A DNA stretch of 63,997 nt, the filler included, from Candidatus Woesearchaeota archaeon (GTDB lineage: Archaea > Nanobdellota > Nanobdellia > Woesearchaeales > CG1-02-33-12), in NCBI GenBank assembly GCA_018399355.1. It is 3 parts of 3 records of this genome, joined end to end, with 100 filler letters (N's around TTAATTAATTAA, not from the genome) between each part and the next. Parts side by side here need not be neighbours in the genome. Positions count along the whole stretch, not along the records: positions 48,836 to 63,997 come from JAGYOA010000020.1; 2 more parts are not named here. One strand, written 5' to 3'. Numbering within the stretch: the first letter of the stretch is position 1; each line of letters starts with the position of its first letter. The notes beneath the pieces were generated by a model that saw only the letters and a list, made by a program, of their open reading frames with translations, was not told the origin of the DNA and did not search any database. The translations under genes and the position numbers were made by a program. Positions 59,513 to 63,997 of this stretch are shown one piece after another.

Positions 59513-59953
59513 TTAAAGATTTCGTTTATTTTTTTTGTAAATTCTCAATATAAACTTAACTGAAAAATAAGATATTAAAGAAAGCGAGAATGCTATAATC
59601 AGATTGCCGGCAAGAAACCTTGTTGAAAAATTATATATTTGCTGGGATAATGTTATCTCGTACTCCTCAACAATAGAATTCCTGAATAAATACTCTCCTA
59701 TTTTATAGCTCAGCATGTAAAGAGGAGTTAAAATTAAAGGATTCCAGAAAGCTAAGCCCACAAATAATGAAATCTTGCTTATTTTTTTGAATATTAAAAC
59801 AGTTAATAATCCAAGAAGAATGCTGAAGCCATATGTTGGAAGAATTGCTATTAAAGTTCCTAAAGCAAATCCAAGAGCAATAGAATTCTCGCCTGTTTTT
59901 GTTTTAAGAACTTCTTTAAGATGATTCTTTATTTTGGCAATATACCTTTTCAT
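59513..59953 (-). CDS. DUF2062 family membrane protein
   Basis: SIALGFALG...P..G, NP...P.Y. Confidence 0.8.
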   Translation of the reverse strand: MKRYIAKIKNHLKEVLKTKTGENSIALGFALGTLIAILPTYGFSILLGLLTVLIFKKISKISLFVGLAFWNPLILTPLYMLSYKIGEYLFRNSIVEEYEITLSQQIYNFSTRFLAGNLIIAFSLSLISYFSVKFILRIYKKNKRNL

Positions 59954-60006
59954 AAATGCTTATTATTTTTGTAGTTTAAATAACTTACAATTTTACAATA
60001 AAAAAA

Positions 60007-60438
60007 TTAAGAAGAAATATCTACTACCTTGACATTAAATATCAATGTTTTCCCAACCAAAGGATGATTAAGGTCAAGAGTAACCTCTTTATCTGCAACC
60101 TCTGTTATCTTTGCAGGAAGCTGCGCTCCGTTTGGAAGACCAAGCAAAAGCATCATTCCCTCTTCCGGCTCTTTATCTTTTGGAAGCTGGTCCTTTGGAA
60201 CTTTTTTTACAAGTTCTGGATTGTAATCTCCGTAAGCTTCTGACGGCTTTAGGGTTATTTCCTTTTCCTGTCCTTTCTCCATTCCAATAACTCCATCATC
60301 AAAACCCTTTATGACTTGTTTTGAACCTACTTGAAATTCCAATGGCTTTCCCTGTTTTTCTGAACTGTCAAAAACAGTTCCGTCGTCTAACTTTCCTTGA
60401 TATTCAACTTTTATTTTATCTCCTTCTTTTATTGGCAT
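60007..60438 (-). CDS. slyD: FKBP-type peptidyl-prolyl isomerase
   Basis: DGTVFDSS, VIKGF, AYG, DLNHPL. Confidence 0.93.
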   Translation of the reverse strand: MPIKEGDKIKVEYQGKLDDGTVFDSSEKQGKPLEFQVGSKQVIKGFDDGVIGMEKGQEKEITLKPSEAYGDYNPELVKKVPKDQLPKDKEPEEGMMLLLGLPNGAQLPAKITEVADKEVTLDLNHPLVGKTLIFNVKVVDISS

Positions 60439-60574
60439 AATAAAACCCCCTTGTTAAAAACCGCAAACAAGAAAACCCATTAACGATTTAGTGTTAGATT
60501 ATGGTTATACCTTATTTTATATAAGTGTTTGGGTTTTCAAAAGCTTTAAATAAAAATTCAAATTCTCTTTTTTT

Positions 60575-60967
60575 ATGAAAATTCCAAATAAAATACAAAA
60601 AGTAGTTGACGACCAGGAGCTTTACATAATTTCAACAGCTTCAAATGAAGGGATGCCGAACACAGTTTATGTTAAATTCTTAAAAGTTTACAATGACAAC
60701 AAAGTTTTGATTGCAGACAACAAGTTCTTTAAAACAAAAAAAAATCTTGAGGAAAATCCAAAGCTTGCTTTTGTTGTTCTTGACAAGGAAACAAAGAAGG
60801 CTTACCAACTTAAAGGAAGAGTAGAGATTCATAAAGAAGGCCAGATATTTGAAGATGCAAAAAAATGGGTTGAAGATGAAACAAATTCAAGACTTAGTCC
60901 AAAATCTGCAGTAATCCTTAATGTAGAAGAAATATACTCTGGTGTTGATAAAATAAATGAAGAATAA
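60575..60967 (+). CDS. Pyridoxamine 5'-phosphate oxidase-like FMN-binding protein
   Basis: STAS.EG.PN, KT..NL.ENP, YQLKG. Confidence 0.85.
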   Translation: MKIPNKIQKVVDDQELYIISTASNEGMPNTVYVKFLKVYNDNKVLIADNKFFKTKKNLEENPKLAFVVLDKETKKAYQLKGRVEIHKEGQIFEDAKKWVEDETNSRLSPKSAVILNVEEIYSGVDKINEE

Positions 60968-60979
60968 ATAAAAAATAAA

Positions 60980-61216
60980 TTATCTTTTGTTTCTTCTCTC
61001 AGGCATAGGCCTCTTAACTGTTATAGGCAATACTCCTTTCTCAAGCTCAAGCTTTGCTATCTCAATAGGGTTGTAGTGTATTTCTTCAAGCTCTTTATCG
61101 CTTATCTTTATAAGAAAAGGAGCACCCATTGCAATCTGCAAAGCCCTTCCGCCAAGCATTCTTGCGGTTTCATACTTTGTGTATTTTATATTTTCCTGAA
61201 TTTGTTTTGCAGTCAT
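60980..61216 (-). CDS. rpoK: RNA polymerase subunit K (Rpo6)
   Basis: TKYETAR..G.RALQIAMGAP, LPITVKR. Confidence 0.95.
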   Translation of the reverse strand: MTAKQIQENIKYTKYETARMLGGRALQIAMGAPFLIKISDKELEEIHYNPIEIAKLELEKGVLPITVKRPMPERRNKR

Positions 61217-61221
61217 TCTTA

Positions 61222-62001
61222 TCACCCAATATGTTTCCTGAGCTCTTTTGATTTTTTGATTCCTATGTCAATCATTTTTTCTATATCCTTGTCACTGATA
61301 GGATTATCTCCGCCCTTCTGCAATGCGCATATTGTGCCGTCTTCCTCGACTTCAACTGTAAGCCTTGCATCTACGCATTTTTCTTCTTCTGTGTTTGGGT
61401 CAACAAGAAAATGTTCTCCTATCTTAAGCACAGTGCAGCTTGTTGGAATCTTTTTTTTGTCAACAGGAAGTGCTTTGTTGGTTTTCTTCTTGTAGTCAAT
61501 AACCTCTCCGTCATATTCAGGAAATTTTGTTTCAAGCAATGCAGCAACAACTGCAAGTGCAGATGCGTCAAAAAGGTTTCCGTCATCATTTATAGGACAT
61601 ATATCAATAAGTATAGACCATGCCTTTTCCTTTTCTTTTATACAGAGTTTCTTGAAATCAATTGCTCCAGATTCTCTTATGCCCCTGTCAACAACTCTTG
61701 CTAGCTCTATTGAATCTATTGAAGGAGGTCCTGATTCAAAATCAGGGTTTGATAATGGTAGAAGCTCTGCGTTTATCATCACTGTTCCTTTATCAGGTGT
61801 GTCAGGATAAGGAGATTCAACACTTAGCTTTACACCCGCTGTAACTATTGTATCTCCTATTGTTACTTTAGCTGAGCCCTCTGCATTTTCTGAAAATCCT
61901 TTCTCGACTTTTATCTCCCTGTAGTCCTCAAGCTTTCTTCCGTCAAGCTTTATTCCCTTTTCAAGAAAATTTAAAATATGTTGTTTTTGTTGCTTATTCA
62001 T
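61222..62001 (-). CDS. rrp42: Exosome subunit Rrp42
   Basis: AEGSA, PYPDTP, IELARVVDRGIRES, DGNLFDA. Confidence 0.95.
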   Translation of the reverse strand: MNKQQKQHILNFLEKGIKLDGRKLEDYREIKVEKGFSENAEGSAKVTIGDTIVTAGVKLSVESPYPDTPDKGTVMINAELLPLSNPDFESGPPSIDSIELARVVDRGIRESGAIDFKKLCIKEKEKAWSILIDICPINDDGNLFDASALAVVAALLETKFPEYDGEVIDYKKKTNKALPVDKKKIPTSCTVLKIGEHFLVDPNTEEEKCVDARLTVEVEEDGTICALQKGGDNPISDKDIEKMIDIGIKKSKELRKHIG

Positions 62002-62704
62002 TTTTTACCTCATACTTTTTCTTTAAAGCATCCCTTTGAATCTTGTCTATTTTCGAGCATGCCTGCTTTGCCATTTCCACAGCTGTTTTAAGCTGCTCTT
62101 TTGATATTTCTCCGTCCATCTGCAATAATGAAATTTCCTCGGTTGTTGATACAACTGCCATTGGTATGTCTGCAACTGTTCCTCCTTCATAGCTTTCCTC
62201 ACTGTAATCAAGGTCAACAACTAGTTTGTCATCAACCCTTCCTATTGAGACAGCAGCAACCATTCCTTTCATAGGTATGCCTGCATCTGCAAGAGCCATT
62301 GATGCTGCGCATATTCCGGCGCATCTTGTTCCTGCATCTGTTTGAGGCAGCTCAATAAAAACATCAACCACTGAGTTAGGAAAATTTCCCAGCTCAACAA
62401 CAGGCAGGAGAGATTTGTCAGTTACCATTGCAATCTCTTTTGCCCTTCTGTTTGCTCCCGGCCTTACCCTGTCTCCTACTGATGAGAAAGGCATCATATT
62501 GTAGTGGCATCTCAGCATTGAACCCTCAGGATTTTTAAGGAACCTTGGATATAACTCCCTTGGACCGTAGACTGCAGCATAAGCAATAGTCTTTCCTATC
62601 TTGAAGTATGCAGAGCCGTCAGCCCTCTTTATAATACCCACCTTTGCTTCGATAGGTCTTGTTTCATCGAATTTTCTTCCGTCATTTCTTTTAGTATAAG
62701 CCAT
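61994..62704 (-). CDS. rrp41: Exosome subunit Rrp41
   Basis: RADGSA, YGPRE, YNMMPFS, DAGTR, LQMDG. Confidence 0.95.
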   Translation of the reverse strand: MAYTKRNDGRKFDETRPIEAKVGIIKRADGSAYFKIGKTIAYAAVYGPRELYPRFLKNPEGSMLRCHYNMMPFSSVGDRVRPGANRRAKEIAMVTDKSLLPVVELGNFPNSVVDVFIELPQTDAGTRCAGICAASMALADAGIPMKGMVAAVSIGRVDDKLVVDLDYSEESYEGGTVADIPMAVVSTTEEISLLQMDGEISKEQLKTAVEMAKQACSKIDKIQRDALKKKYEVKNE

Positions 62705-62705
62705 T

Positions 62706-63416
62706 TTATTCCACCTTCACAATTTCAATCTTTTTCTTTGTAGTTTTCTCAAGAAACTCCCTGATTCTCTCAGTAAGGCCACTTATATGTGCCTCCTGCT
62801 CTATTTTCCTTATTGTGTTTATCACAATTATTTCATTTTCAGGTGAGCCGTTAATCCATACAACACCATTTTGTCCTACTATTATGTTGCATTCAGTGGC
62901 ATTTTTTATCATGCTGACCATAGAGCCTTTTTTGCCTATTATTCTTGGAACTTTATGTGCATTAACCTTTATTATCCTTCCGCCGGTTAATTTTCTTACT
63001 CCCGGTCCCTTCATAGAAACATCAACAAGGCACTGCGATGTTACCATTACTATCTTGGTTATAATATAATCTCCTATTTCATAATACTTTGTTAAATCAG
63101 CATCCCTTCTTATGAAGTCTTTTGCTTCCTTGACAGAAAGTATTGCGTTGTAAGATGAGTTTATGTCAATAGTCCATCCGCTCATAAGGATGTCTGTTAT
63201 TTTTCCTATTATGACATCTCCTCTCTTTGGAAGGTATCTTCCTGAAACAGGTATAACTTTTATAAGCCTTCCATTTATGCTTACAAGGCCGAGCCCTGCA
63301 GCCAGTATCTTGTCTTTTTCCCTGAATGTTCCCTCAGCTGGAAGGAAGTCCATTCCCTCAGCAAGTTTTTCTCCAGGGGTTGCTATTGTTTTGTCTTCTA
63401 CTAATAATTTTCCCAT
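62706..63416 (-). CDS. rrp4: Exosome cap subunit Rrp4
   Basis: S1 plus KH domains; PRIIGKKGSM, GQNG..W, AHISGLT. Confidence 0.95.
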   Translation of the reverse strand: MGKLLVEDKTIATPGEKLAEGMDFLPAEGTFREKDKILAAGLGLVSINGRLIKVIPVSGRYLPKRGDVIIGKITDILMSGWTIDINSSYNAILSVKEAKDFIRRDADLTKYYEIGDYIITKIVMVTSQCLVDVSMKGPGVRKLTGGRIIKVNAHKVPRIIGKKGSMVSMIKNATECNIIVGQNGVVWINGSPENEIIVINTIRKIEQEAHISGLTERIREFLEKTTKKKIEIVKVE

Positions 63417-63431
63417 TTTTCCTCCTAGTTG

Positions 63432-63997
63432 TTATTTTGTTTTAAGTATGTTTATTTCAATTTCTCCGTGAGTAAGGTCATTAAGCTTATCGAAGAAATC
63501 ATTTTTAAGACCGGCAGGAAGTTCAACAATGCATCTCCATGAGCCGTCATTCAGCCATTCATCCTTGATAATCTTAGCAAAATTCTTCACAACAGAATAC
63601 ATTTTTCCTGCATGAACAGCAGGAATCTTAACCTCGATCTCGTTAACCTCAAATTTGATTGGAAGCACAGGTCTTAATTTTTTTATTATCTCATCAATCT
63701 GGCTTTCATCTGCTTTGAACTCATCAATATTTATCTTTGCTTCTTCAAAGGCATTTTCTATTCTTGTTATAGGATGAGGCATGCCTGTTTTTGGGTCAGC
63801 TCCATTCACATGAATGTAGTTTATGATTCTTTTTTTCTTTTCGTCTCTTAATTTTTGCCTGTATTCTGATGTAAGCTGTATCTCTCCCTGCTTTATTATT
63901 ATCTTTGCAATTTCTTTTGGTTCAGTTGTGTTGAAGAGTTGCTGCATCATGTTCTCTGATGCAAGAAGTCCTTTTTTTGCGTCAGAAAATATATTCT
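63432..63997 (-). CDS. Ribosome maturation factor SBDS, 5' end outside the window
   Basis: GEIQLT.EYR, DPKT..PHP..RIE, LTHGE. Confidence 0.93.
   Translation of the reverse strand, partial: NIFSDAKKGLLASENMMQQLFNTTEPKEIAKIIIKQGEIQLTSEYRQKLRDEKKKRIINYIHVNGADPKTGMPHPITRIENAFEEAKINIDEFKADESQIDEIIKKLRPVLPIKFEVNEIEVKIPAVHAGKMYSVVKNFAKIIKDEWLNDGSWRCIVELPAGLKNDFFDKLNDLTHGEIEINILKTK

Noticed and set aside
60471..60538. 9-bp inverted repeat GAAAACCCA/TGGGTTTTC between divergent slyD and FMN-binding genes
   Set aside because: Single occurrence in AT-rich DNA spanning a TATA box; no further support.
1..63997. CRISPR arrays, rRNA, inteins, reverse transcriptases
   Set aside because: No regularly spaced repeats, rRNA-like tracts, oversized RadA/PolB or RT motifs were seen.

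Overview
AT-rich archaeal sequence; gene content and leaderless TATA/BRE promoters suggest a DPANN (Woesearchaeota-like) metagenome-assembled genome (inference). It is three contigs joined by artificial 100-nt N/TTAATTAATTAA spacers at 26197-26296 and 48736-48835, so gene order across those points is meaningless. Contig 1 opens with a ~14 kb cluster of about 15 genes with class III (type IV pilin-like) signal peptides. The cluster includes a VWA tip-adhesin candidate and a probable major pilin. It ends in a separately promoted four-gene unit (10950-14182) in which one pilin-like protein carries a degenerate Amidase_3-like fold and another an intact-looking lytic transglycosylase (SLT) domain. 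This is the best candidate for a new system: a peptidoglycan-targeting pilus module in an organism that makes no peptidoglycan. Housekeeping genes follow (RPA, RadA, RadB, S2, RNase P RNA, S13-RpoN operon, tRNA-His, tRNA-Leu). Contig 2 has prs with an in-frame TAG, a beta-CASP nuclease, a tRNA-Ser with a structured 111-nt T-loop intron, TFB, a HemK-kinase fusion, PolB, TrxB, NfnAB, MscS and two more pilins. Contig 3 has a glycan-tailoring cluster, an internally deleted IS200-type element, a pilin and the exosome operon. All calls are from visual motif recognition; no searches were run.
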